Shown here piece after piece: positions 52,573-64,000 of a DNA stretch of 64,000 nucleotides. Source of the stretch: Octopus sinensis (Eukaryota). The translations under genes and the position numbers were made by a program. The stretch is taken from contig NC_042998.1 of the NCBI RefSeq assembly GCF_006345805.1, positions 21,886,001 to 21,950,000 of the forward strand, read 5' to 3'. The notes beneath the pieces are model-generated. The model was not told the DNA's origin. It ran no database searches and saw nothing but the letters and a program-made list of their open reading frames with translations. The stretch's first letter is position 1, and every line of letters begins with the position of its first letter.

Positions 52573-52847
52573 TAAGGCCAGTCCAGAAATCTATCATTTC
52601 TGTCTCCTCTCTGATGCTATATCGAAGAGGCCAGGGAACAGAAGAAAGAAGACATGCACCCAACACCAGAGCTGAAGACACCTCCAAAAAGGGGTGCCCC
52701 GCCACGTCAAAACGGTAGAGGAGTAGGGACCGTAACCGGACGTGGTTCCTCCTGATGATGTCTTGAGCTAACTGGATCCTATAAAGGAGCTGTTATGGTA
52801 GCATACCATGAAACACGGTTGAAATTCCTGTTGTTGTTGTTATTGCT

Positions 52848-53880
52848 GATTTGTGGGTTTATGTCAAACAGCTGTTGTCTTGTGTGGGTTGTATCCATCT
52901 ATTGGTCAAGTCCATAGTGATGATTGCTCCACTGCTCTCCTTCAGTTGGGCAGGCAAGGCAGTTGTCCTTTGCTTGGTAACTGTGGTGAAAGAGGCTGTT
53001 TGGTGGACGAGGCTGAAAGGCACGGGGACAGATACATTCCACTTTGGTAGAGCTCTCATCGACTTAATCTTACTCTTTACTCTTATTTGTTTCAGTCATT
53101 TGACTGCAGCCATGCTGGAGCACCGCCTTTAGTCGAGCAAATTGACCCCAGGACTTATTCTTTGCTATCGGTCTCTTTTGCTGAACCGCTAAGTTATGGG
53201 GATGTAAACACATCAGCATCGGTTGTCAGGCGATGTTGGGGGGAAAATCACAGACACACAAACATATACAGACATATATATACATATATACTACGGGCTT
53301 CTTTCAGTTTCTGTTTACCAAATCCACTCACAAGGCTTTGGTCGGCCCGAGGCTATAGTGGAAGACACTTGCCCAAGGTGCCATGCAGTGGGACTGAACC
53401 CAGAACCATGTGGTTCGTAAGCAAGCTACTTACCACACAGCCACTCTTGTGCTTTCTTCAAGTTTCACTTGAAAAGGAAATTGAGAGTGGCAAGGGAAGT
53501 GTTGTACTCGAGTAAGTTTATTGAAAGGTGAGTGAAAGTTGCGAAAAATAGCGAGAGTGAATAGTACCTCTCTATGTGTAGAACTTTGAGTCGGGAAAAG
53601 GGAATTGGAGAGGGCACTTGACCTTGATGCTCAGGGAGATTTTGGACAGTGGGGTTCCTTGATTAGCCCTAGAGGTCATCCTGTATCAGGAGGACTACAT
53701 CTCTATTATCCCACCCATTTTCTAAACTTTTGCTTTGTGTGTATATTTCCCTTTTTATTGTATACTTATTTTTGTTTTGTTTATTTGATTTATCATTTCC
53801 TCATATGTAAACCCCCACAATTTATGTCTGTTTTGTATTATCCCCTTCATCCTTCGCTCTGGTGGCAAATAAATGAATTC
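52848..53880 (+). pseudogene. Tx1/L1-like LINE 3' end interrupted by SINE A
   Basis: LWVYVKQLLS...LVTVVKEAVWWTR...RALID | FFKFHLKRKLRV.REVL.SSKFIER(*)V resembles the post-zinc-knuckle Tx1 C-terminus; T-rich UTR ending ggcaaataaatg. Confidence 0.55.
53072..53447 (-). mobile_element. SINE family A
   Basis: Colinear, with a small internal deletion. Confidence 0.9.
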
Positions 53881-54305
53881 CTCCTCCTCCTCCTCATCAT
53901 CATCATTATTATTATTATTCATATACACTCAACAGATTAGATTGTTGGAGAAGAAAAGAATCCTAACATCGGCTACAACAAGTTGCCTTAGGTGCTGAGA
54001 ACCCTCCTAAGTATCCTAGCTGTCCTTAATAACACTGTTCCCTGCAGCTGTACAAAACTGGGTTTTATGCCTATTATTATTATTGCTATTATTAATATTA
54101 TTATTATTATTATTATCATTATTATTATAGTTATTATTATTAAGGTGAGCTGCCAGAATCATTAGCATGTTGGACAAAATTCCACCAAGAATTTTGTCTG
54201 TGTTTATGTTCTGTGTTCAAATTCTGTCAAAGTTGACTTTGCCTTTCATCTTATCAGCGTCAATAAAATGAGTACCAGTCAAATACTGGGGTCAGTGTAA
54301 TCAAA

Positions 54306-54800
54306 ATGATGATGATGATGATAATGATCATGATCATGGTGATGATGATCATGATGATGATCATGATGGTGGTGGTGATGATGATGCTGGTGATGCTGGT
54401 GGTGGTGATGATGACGATGGTGTTGATGTTGATGATGATGATGGTGATGGTGGTGATGATGATGGTGATGATGATGGTGATGATGATGGTGATGATGATG
54501 GTGATGATGATGATGGTGATGGTGATGGTGATGATGATGCTGATGTGGTGATGATGATTATGCTGGTGATGTTGGTGATGAGGATGATGGTGGTGGTGAT
54601 GATGCTGGTGATGGTGATGATGATAATGGTAATGGTGATGGTGGTGATGATGATGATGATGGTGCTGGTGATGATGATGATGATGCTGGTGATGGTGGTG
54701 ATGATGATGGTGGTGATGGTGGTGATGGTGGTGATGATGATGATGGTGAAGATGGTAGTGGTGACAATGATGATGAGGGTGGTGGTGGTAGTTGTAATGA
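54306..54800. repeat. (GAT/GGT)n array following a SINE B fragment (54143-54303)
   Basis: Direct inspection. Confidence 0.95.
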
Positions 54801-55870
54801 TGTCCTTGAAATTTGATAGCTTCTCAATTTCTTTCTTGTCCAATTCTTTGGTCAGAAAGAAACAAAAAGATATCCGTCAGAGCGGCACGATACATTCCTT
54901 TCAGTCTTACATTATGATGATATCAAGACAAGTCCACTTAGGAGCCAGTCACTCCTTCCCTATATTATTAAATATCTCTTCTAAGGGCCAAAAATTTTGG
55001 ACGTCATCATTTCCTGGGAGTTTCCAGTGATTCTGTGTTCTTCCTTTTTTTTCTAATTCCATTTCTCAAGTACTGGCGTCAATGGAATCAACAAGTCTTC
55101 TCCTCTTGAAGCTACTGTCCTTGTGCTTAAACGAAAAACGACTACTACTACTACTACTACTACTAATAATAATAATATGTCTCTTGAGGTCTCTGACTGA
55201 GACTTGGAGTCAACTTGTATAAATACAAAGTAAAAGCCAAACATAATAATAATAATAATAATAAGCAACAACAGTAATCTTTTTTTTATTTTAGCACAAG
55301 GCCAGCAATATTGAGGGGTGGAGAAGTTGATTATATTGACCCCAAATACTTAACTGGTATTTATTTTATTGATTCCTGAAAGGATGAAGGGCAAAGCTGG
55401 CCTCAGCAGAATTTGATCTCAGAACATAAAGTCAGAAGAAATTCCACTTAGCATTTTGACCAATGTGGTAATGATTCTGCAAGCCAATCAACTTACGTAA
55501 TAATAATAATAATAATAATAATAATGCTTTGCCATTCTGCTGAATACCACAGATTTGTTTGTCAGTTGTTTGACCATAACCAGTTGAGCATGTCCCTTAG
55601 TGGCTGACAATATGTGCATCTCTGATCACAAACAGAAGTAGTTGGGGAACATCATAGCCATGTGTTAAGAGGAATTTTTGGAGGTTTGAATAATTCACCT
55701 TTGGAAACATGGGTGTTTTGTTCATCATCCTTAAACAACCCTTATTCAGGGACGTTTCGAGCAGGATGGGCTACTTGACCTGAAGAAAATTCTTACTTGG
55801 CCCCACCTGAAAGGTCATGCACTGTTTATCTTGATATGAGATGACCATGTCGCGCACATATGGTTGTGAT

Positions 55871-56112
55871 ATAATAATAATAATAATGAAATTATTGTAT
55901 ACAGTGCTCAGGTGCACCACAACTTGTCAGCATAAGCAGTAATGTACAAATGTCTGGAAAGTGAACAGTGTATGAGTCAGATACATGCTTGTGTGTGTAT
56001 GGAGGGGAGAAAATCAGGTGTAGTGTTGGCGAATCTCAGAAAGCATGGAAGTTTTGAAAGCTGCAGTGCTCCGACAACTAACAACTAATGCCGGCAGTTT
56101 GTTCCATGCTTC
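55871..56112 (-). pseudogene. Short CR1-like 3' end inserted in a family D repeat
   Basis: Matches 13200-13455; family D sequence continues on both sides. Confidence 0.8.
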
Positions 56113-56358
56113 ATGTGCCTGGTGTACCTTTATCTGATGGGTAGTCATAATGGGTATACTGGGCTTCGTATATTTTACCCCAATGTCACTTTGATGGCAT
56201 GCACTGCTTACTAACTTAATAATAATAATAATAATAATAATAACAAGAACAATGATAAAAACCATAACAAAACAGACATGGAAGTCTGCTGTCAGTTCTT
56301 GTCTGGCCAGCTTGTGTCAAACTGTCCAACCTATAACAGCATGGAAAGCAGACATTAA

Positions 56359-56579
56359 CCCTTTCGTAACTGTATTTATTTTGAGATACTCTGTGTTTCT
56401 TTCAATTACTTTAAATATAACAAAGAATTTAGTAAAATAACTTAGTTATCATTCAGCTAGTGTTAGGAGAGTAAATTGTGACTAAGGTTTGGTGGAAGAT
56501 TTTAATTCAGAACTTGTGAAAACAAGACAATTTGTACTCAGAGCCAGAGCCGGTTTCAGGCGGGTTGGTAATGAAAGGG
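56359..56579. mobile_element. piggyBac-type MITE
   Basis: TTAA|ccctttcgtaac ... gtaatgaaaggg|TTAA, exact TTAA duplication. Confidence 0.85.
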
Positions 56580-56814
56580 TTAAACAATGATGATGGTGAT
56601 GAAGATGAAACATATATGATGGTCTTCTTTTAGTTTCTATCAGAGTCAAGTCTATATATTAGAAGGCACTTCCCCAAGGTGACACACAATAGGAATGAAC
56701 CTGAAACCATGTGGCTGGGAGGCAAACCTCTTACCACACAGCCACCTCCTGTGCCTAGAAGACCAAAATGGGATTCAAGACTTTTGAACTAATATAACAC
56801 ACACCTTTACTTGT

Positions 56815-57204
56815 TCTTGAAGCACTCCGTCGGTTACGACGATGAGGGTTCCGGTTGATCCGAATCAACCGAACAGCCTGCTCATGAAATTAACGTGTAA
56901 GTGGCTGAGCACTCCACAGACACGTGCACCCTTAACGTAGTTCTCGGGGATATTCAGCATGACACAGAGAGTGACAAGGCTGGCTCCTTGAAATACAGGT
57001 ACAACAGAAACAGGAAGTAAGAGTGAGAGAAAGTTGTGGTGAAAGAGTACAGCAGGGATCACCACTACCATCCCCTGCCGGAGCCTCGTGGAGCTTTTAG
57101 GTGTTTTCGCTCAATAAACACTCACAACAACCGGTTTAGGAATCGAAACCGCGATCCTATGACCGCGAGTCCGCTGCCCTAACCACTGGGCCATTGCGCC
57201 TCCA
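56815..57204 (-). mobile_element. tRNA-derived SINE family E (OR-like), tail type 2
   Basis: Head ggaggcgcaatggcccagtggttagggcagcggactcgcgg; tail differs from the 35128 copy. Confidence 0.85.
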
Positions 57205-57634
57205 CTCCACCTTTACTACAGGTTCTAACACTAATGAAGCTATTGCTGTTGTTGTTGTTGTTGTTGATGGCAGATGCATTTGTTCAGATGTTAAGTTGAG
57301 GTTCCTCAAGTTATGAAAGTGGATTCTATTGCAAACTCACTCTTGCGTCCTTCAACGAGACACTTGAAATCTCTCGTCAATTCTGTTCTCATGGAGTTTC
57401 ATTTTAAATTACATGAGCTCATTGTCTTCTACTTTCTTCCTTTTTTTCCTTTCCGTCATTCTCTTCCATACCATCGTTTTAATTAAGTTCACAATCATTA
57501 AGATCACAATAACAGCGATGGTGATAATGGGCTATGATGATGATGATGAAGATGGTAAAGACCATCATCATCATAATCATCAACATTACTTCTACTCTTG
57601 TGGCCATAATTCTTACTACTTCTACTAATTACTA

Positions 57635-58102
57635 ATGGTTTCAAATTTTGCCACAAAGGCAGCCATTTTGTGGGAAGGAAATTAAGTCAATTCCATCGAC
57701 CCCAGTGTGTAACTGGTACTGAATCTATCGACCCCGAAAGGATGAAAGGCAAAGTCGACCTCTGCGGAATTTGAACTCAGAATGTAGCGACGGGCGAAAT
57801 ACTATAAAGCATTACATCCAGTGTGCTAATGATTCTACAAGCTCACTGCCTCAACAACAACAACAACAACAACAACAACAAGGAGGATGATGATGGTACC
57901 ATCACCACCACAATCAACTCTACTGCTGCTGCTACTACTACTACTACTACTACTACTACTATTACTAATGGTTTCAAATTTTGCTACAAGGGCAGCCATT
58001 TTGGGGAAGGGGATGAAGACAATTACATCGACCCCAGTGCATAACTGGTGCTTATTTAATCGACTCCAAAAGGATGAAAGGCAAAGTCAACCTCTGCGGA
58101 AT
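57635..58102 (-). mobile_element. Two adjacent SINE B-related copies
   Basis: aatggtttcaaattttg...catcgaccccagtg...gatgaaaggcaaagtc repeated. Confidence 0.8.
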
Positions 58103-58384
58103 ACTAAAATTGAACCCAACCACTCTGAAAAATTAAGTAAAAACAAAAAGGAAAAATAATCCAGAATCCTTGTGCGGGATCTGATCGATTCCAATGGTAG
58201 TCATGGAATGTGAAGGTGGCTGTAGAAAATTTAGTAACAGTAATAAATAGCTTATCCTTATCTAATACAAGCCAAAGTCAACAATTCACCGTTCAAAATA
58301 GTTACAGCCTAAAGGAAGATAACAGACAGAAAGACTTGAAAGTTAACATAAGATAGTAATCATGTAGAATAAAGTAAATATAAC

Positions 58385-58577
58385 AAAAAATAATCCAGAA
58401 TCCTTGTCCGGTATTGGATTGATCCCAAAGTCTAATCAGTTTGTACCAGTCATGAGGCTAAACATCCCTGAAAGTTTCATCCAAATCCATCCAGTGGTTC
58501 TTGAGATATCATGTCCATGGACAAACAAACAAATGTGACTGAGACAATACCTCCGCCTTAGCGAAGGCAGAGGTAAT
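58385..58577. mobile_element. Helentron/HINE-like non-autonomous element end
   Basis: (CAAA)n followed by terminal hairpin tacctccgccttagcgaaggcagaggta; partial repeat of its start at ~58153. Confidence 0.5.
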
Positions 58578-58596
58578 AAGGTACAAAACCAAGTTT

Positions 58597-58987
58597 TTAG
58601 TTTAATAATTCCCTTATTACCAAATTTTTGGGGAAAAATCTCTCTGCAGCTAACATCCCTTGAGTGCTTGTTTCCTTCAAAAGAATTTTAAAGTTTTCTT
58701 TCTTTCTTGTATGACTTAAGGCCACATAAAGCTGGCCGTGACTAAATATGGGATAGAATATGGATGGTAAATCAAAGTAATACACTTGTCAATGTTCTCT
58801 AGGGGTTGTCTTTTGAGATGTGACATCGATCATCATTTGTTAATGAAAGAATGCTGACTCACACATTCAAACATTCATGTACTTCCCATATACATGCACA
58901 CACACATACACACATAGACTCACACAAAGGAGAAACACTGTTTGATTTTTCTTTTCGGCATGGAATGTTCACCATCCCACTTCCAGT

Positions 58988-59024
<37 letters not shown>

Positions 59025-59225
59025 TTCACATACCTTCCTTTTATATACACACACATATACTCACACAGAGTTGAAATGCTGTTTGATCTTTTTTTCACTG
59101 TAGAATTTCCATCATCCCACTACCAAATTTGCCATCACCCCTTCCTTCCTTATTCCTCTTTCACTTCTTCCTTTCTCATTCGTATGTTGTGACAGAGAAA
59201 TACACAAAAGTATTATTATAGTAGA
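58597..59225 (-). mobile_element. Deleted Helitron with RepHel PIF1-helicase C-terminal relic
   Basis: ORF 58597-58785 PIFSHGQLYVALS...KNLVIRELL matches the Helitron helicase end; minus-strand A|TCtactataataa 5' terminus at 59225. Confidence 0.75.
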
Positions 59226-60066
59226 TATATATATGCTGGTGTCACGTAAAAAGCACTGATGATGGTTCCACATTAAAAGCTTTTGCGCCATATAAATAAC
59301 GTTAATGCTGATGCCACATTAAAAGCACTTGTGCCATATTAATAGCATTAGTGCTGGTGCCACGTTAAAAGCATCTGGTACACTCTCTACAGTGGTTGGC
59401 ATTAGGAAGGGCATCCAGCTGTAGAAGTCATACCAAAGCAGGCAATGGAAGCTGACGCAGCTCCTGGCCTTGTCAACTCTTGTCAAACCATACAATCCAT
59501 GCCAGCATGGAAAACAGATGTGAATTATTATTATTATTATTATTATTATGATGATTATGATATATAGTTGAAATCTGGGTTTTGATTCAGTGTGTTTACG
59601 TCCTTCAAATCTGTTTTGAATGTGGCTTTTTCCTCTCTTGATTTGTGTTAATATGGTTATATGTAATCGTTTAAACACGCAAACACCTGTCTGTAAACAC
59701 GCATCAATAACGGTTTAGTTTATATGTTTGGAACTTTTGTGCATCACTATTCTCATGCCAAGTTCTATATTTGTCATTGTCGATTTTGTCATTTGTTCTG
59801 GCAAAAAAAAATTTTGTGAAGCGCTCACAGTATCATTTGCTGTCAATAGCAAAGATGTGAATCTGAAGAACAACAACAACAATAATGATAATAATAATGA
59901 TATCTGAAGAATGAATGGTAAAAACAAACAATGAAACATGATGGTCATCAATAGAATATACAGACATCTCTCTTTCCACACACACACACACACACACATA
60001 CATACATATATATACATACATACATACACATATGCATACATATATATATATATAATTCACACACAT

Positions 60067-60112
<46 letters not shown>

Positions 60113-60116
<4 letters not shown>

Positions 60117-60394
60117 TATAAATTAGGGTATCTACGAGATACCACCATACTGAAAATAGCAGCTATAATCTGACTCTAAAACCACCTTAATTGCCCATAT
60201 ATCAACACGTGTTGATATATGGGCAATTAAGGTGGTTTTAGAGTCAGATTATAGCTGCTATTTTCAGCATGGTGGTATCTCGTAGATACCCTAATTTATA
60301 ATTTTAATAATTATTACCTTTGAAGGTTATTTTTTCCATGCTGACCACTTGATAATATCGTTATTTTATTTTGAAATTAACGATCTTATCCTTA
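60113..60394. mobile_element. Fold-back element with one-sided extension (same family as 24822)
   Basis: Almost perfect ~190-bp palindrome centred on caacacgtgttg. Confidence 0.9.
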
Positions 60395-60402
60395 TTTATT
60401 TA

Positions 60403-60435
<33 letters not shown>

Positions 60436-62380
60436 CTTAGAAATATTGAATTTCTAAATGTATATAAATGCACTATGATTTGCTGTGATTAGGTTGAAAT
60501 CTTGTTTGACAAGGTTTAACCATTCATTGTATCTAGATTAGTTCAATTATTTCTGTTTATTTATTTCTTATTACATTTTCCGATCAAATTAGTTGGAGGT
60601 TTATAACAGATCAGTCAGTGGTTCATTGCATTCCTGCTGACAATAAGGGCAAGGAAGTGTCTGTAACTGGCTGTAGAGCAAACATTGCAAGAGGCTTCAT
60701 TGAAAAACTTAGTGGTTTGACAAAAGAGACTGATAGAATAAATACTAGGCTTATAAAGATTGATTTGTTCATCTAAAATCCCTTATGGTGGTATTCAAGT
60801 ATCACCACAGTCAAGTGAGTGAAACAAGTAAAAGAATAGAAGAATAAAAGAAAAGGGACAGGAAAAAGTGTTATGAACTTCATTACCTTACAGTTGTTTC
60901 TGCTATAGGAGCAATACATCCATAGTTGAATGCTTGTGTGACACCCTATAATTTCATCAGTGCTTCAAAAATGACGCCTATGTATATTGAGTTCTAACAC
61001 CAGGTTATTAGTATTGTAAATTATATTGGAAGCGTGGAATTATTTCGGCTTTTAAAATGATATGATGCAACACACACACACACATCTTAAGCGCAAGTTG
61101 TAAATTTTATGCAAATTAATATTTGTTTTACATTTAAATAGCTTGGTATTAGATCATAAAACAATAATTTGAAATTTGGAATGGAATTTTTATGACGCTT
61201 TAAATATCTTAACATTTGTGAGCATTAAACCTGCAGGAGACTGTGATGAAAAATTGGAAATGTGCAACATGTAAATGAACAAAGTAATGTTATTAATATT
61301 TTGAGGAATATTAGAAGAGAAGTTAGGGTGATTGGTTATTGATCATGTAAGTTTGACTTTCTCTTGTTTTAATCATCAGATTTGAGGCCATGTTGGGGCA
61401 CCATCTTGTAAACGTTTTAGTCAAATGAATCCACACCGGCACTTCATTTTTTGAAAAATTTTAGTGTTTATTCTGTTGGGTCCTTTTGTTGAACTGCTTC
61501 TTGTAAGCCTAGTACTTATTCTATCCGTCTCTTTTGCTGAGCCGTTAAGTTATGGGGATGTAAATGCACTAGCATCGGTTGTCAAGCGATGTTGGCAAGA
61601 TGGTAGCAATGGTGGTGGTGTTGGAGGCAGTGATGATGATGATGCTGATGATGATAGTGACAATAGTAATGATGATGATGATGATGTTGATAGTGGAGTT
61701 GATGGTGATGGTGGTAACGGTGGTGATGATGACGATGATGATGGTGGTGGTGGTGATGGTGGAAATGGTTTTGGTGACAATAACGATTATAACGATTATG
61801 ATGAGGATGACGATATGCATGTGTTTATTTATGTAGACCACATGTTCTGCATGGATACTTAATGTATTGGAAATAACAGCCAAATATCTCTCGTGTCATG
61901 TGTTAACAATTTAGAATCTGAAGCAAAATAAGAAAAGGACACTTCAGATTAAGTTTGGGTGTAGAAGAGGAGGAAGAGGGGAGGGTCAAGTCTGGTCAGA
62001 GGCCTGGAAAGGAATGTCCTTGATCTTGGATTTGTTTGGCGAGCGGTGACCTACAGCTAAATGACAAAAGCAGCAGCAGCAATGACAACAACAAAACGAT
62101 GTTTATTTGAAGGATAATTGGGACAGATAGCTCGGAGTATTGATCTGTGTGTGTGTGTGCATATGCACGTGTGTATAATGTGCATACACATGCATGCATA
62201 GAAATACTCATGTATGTGCATGCATGCATGTATGTATGTATGCATGTTTGTTTGTGTATATGTTGATTTGTTGTTGTTGCTTAATCCCTGGTCAGCCTTC
62301 CACTGAGCAGACCTATGATCAAATGATGATGATGATGATGACGATGATACACATATACAAATACATATTTGTCTGTCTGT

Positions 62381-62955
62381 CTACCTAACTACTTACCTAC
62401 TACATACCTACGTACCTACCTACCTACGTACCTACCTACCTGCATACCTACATGCCTAACTACCTACCTTCCTACCTACCTACCTACCTACCTGCTTACT
62501 TACCTACCTACCTACCTACCTAGCTACCTAGCTACCTACCTAGCTACCTACCTACCTACCTACCTACCTACCTAGCTACCTAGCTACCTACCTACCTACC
62601 TACCTACCTGCCTACCTACCTACCTGCCTACCTACCCTCCTACCTGCCTACCTCCCTACCTGCCTGCCTGCCTACCTACCTACCTACCTGCCTGCTTGCC
62701 TACCTACCTACCTGCCTGCCTGCCTACCTACCTACTTACCTACTACCTACCTATCTACCTACCTACCTACATACCTACCTACCTACCTACCTACCTACCT
62801 GCCTACCTACCTACCTACCTACCTACCTACCTACCTGCCTACCTACCTACCTACCTACCTACCTACCTACCTGCCTGCCTGCCTACCTACCTACCTACCT
62901 ACCTACCTACCTACCTACCTACCTACTTACCTACCTACTTACCTACCTACCCACC
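62381..62955. repeat. (ACCT)n microsatellite
   Basis: Direct inspection. Confidence 0.95.
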
Positions 62956-63738
62956 CAAAAACCAGGAGCTGCACCTTGTTCCATTGACTGTTTTGGCCAG
63001 GTTTCTACAGATGGATGCCCTTCCTACTGCCAACTTGATTTGTGCTTTGACCGTAATATATGCTTTTTAAGCCTCATAATAATTCTATTGTTTTCATTTG
63101 TCCAACCACTAATTTACGGGGATGTAAACAAATCAACATTGGTTATCATGGTTATCAGTCAGTGGAGAGAGGCACAAACACAATGATAAACATGCACATC
63201 CACACACACACATTTCTAATTATCATTTGTTTCCACACAGCCACATCTACTAAGTTCACTCACATCAGCTCAGGGTTATAGTAGAAAACGAGTACCAAAG
63301 GTACTGTGCAATGGAACTGAACATGAAACCACAAGGCTGCACAGCAAGCTTCTTAACCACACAGCCATGTCAGTGCCAGAATATTTAAAAACAAATTAAT
63401 ATAACTCTTGACTAAACACACCGGTTTCTTTTCTTTTTGTGCTCATTATAATGTAAAGGAATTAACAAGCAATTAAATTCATAAGTAAATAAATGGAAGA
63501 ATATCAGATTCCAATGCTTTAACAAAGAGAACTTTTTTAAAAACCTGATTTGACCTTCTGTGGTTGAGTTTTATTCTGTGTCGTTTTGTAAGGAATTTTC
63601 TTCATTTTCTTCCAATTAGATTCTAAATTAAGCATGTAAATTATATTAAATGTGTGTGTCTCTGTATACATGTATGTATGCATATGTACATGTATATGTA
63701 TGTATCTATATATGTGTGTATATGCATATATGTGTATA

Positions 63739-63781
<43 letters not shown>

Positions 63782-63912
63782 ATCTATCTATACATATATA
63801 TATATATATATCTATGTGTGTGTGTGTATGTATATATAAATATGTAGTGTGTGTGTATGTATCCCTATATATATATGTATGTATATGTGTGTGTTGTATA
63901 TATATGCGTATA

Positions 63913-63967
<55 letters not shown>

Positions 63968-64000
63968 TTATTTATTTATATATATATATTTATATGTATA

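Noticed and set aside
52670-52830. CTGAAGA plus hairpin, and CTGATGA...GAAAC
   Set aside because: First lacks GAAA after the hairpin; second lacks convincing stems
57130-57204. tRNA-like sequence (also the heads at 35.4, 36.6 and 37.3 kb)
   Set aside because: Continues into conserved SINE bodies, so treated as SINE heads and not tRNA genes
62369-63070. LPTY-repeat ORFs
   Set aside because: (ACCT)n microsatellite

Overview
AT-rich eukaryotic non-coding DNA, most likely intronic or intergenic octopus genome (inferred from tRNA-derived SINEs resembling the octopus OK/OR-type families and the very dense (TA)n/(CA)n/(ATC)n microsatellites). No host protein-coding gene can be supported: most ORFs in the track are translations of microsatellites or SINEs. 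The window is a nested transposon landscape: at least five SINE or SINE-like families, 3' relics of CR1-, Tx1/L1- and restriction-endonuclease-type (R4/Dong-like) LINEs, a deleted mariner, hAT and piggyBac-type MITEs, and several non-autonomous Helitrons, one carrying a PIF1-helicase C-terminal relic. Two signals stand out. (1) Minimal type-I hammerhead-ribozyme-like motifs with different but pairing stem I sequences and palindromic stem III, in short (TA)n-flanked repeats and fold-back elements (Penelope/retrozyme-like), including a tandem pair 235 nt apart. (2) An intron-containing, partly degenerate tRNA-Met(CAT) gene inside a Helitron, directly followed by a retroposon tail. Everything was read by eye, so boundaries are approximate and family names need database confirmation.
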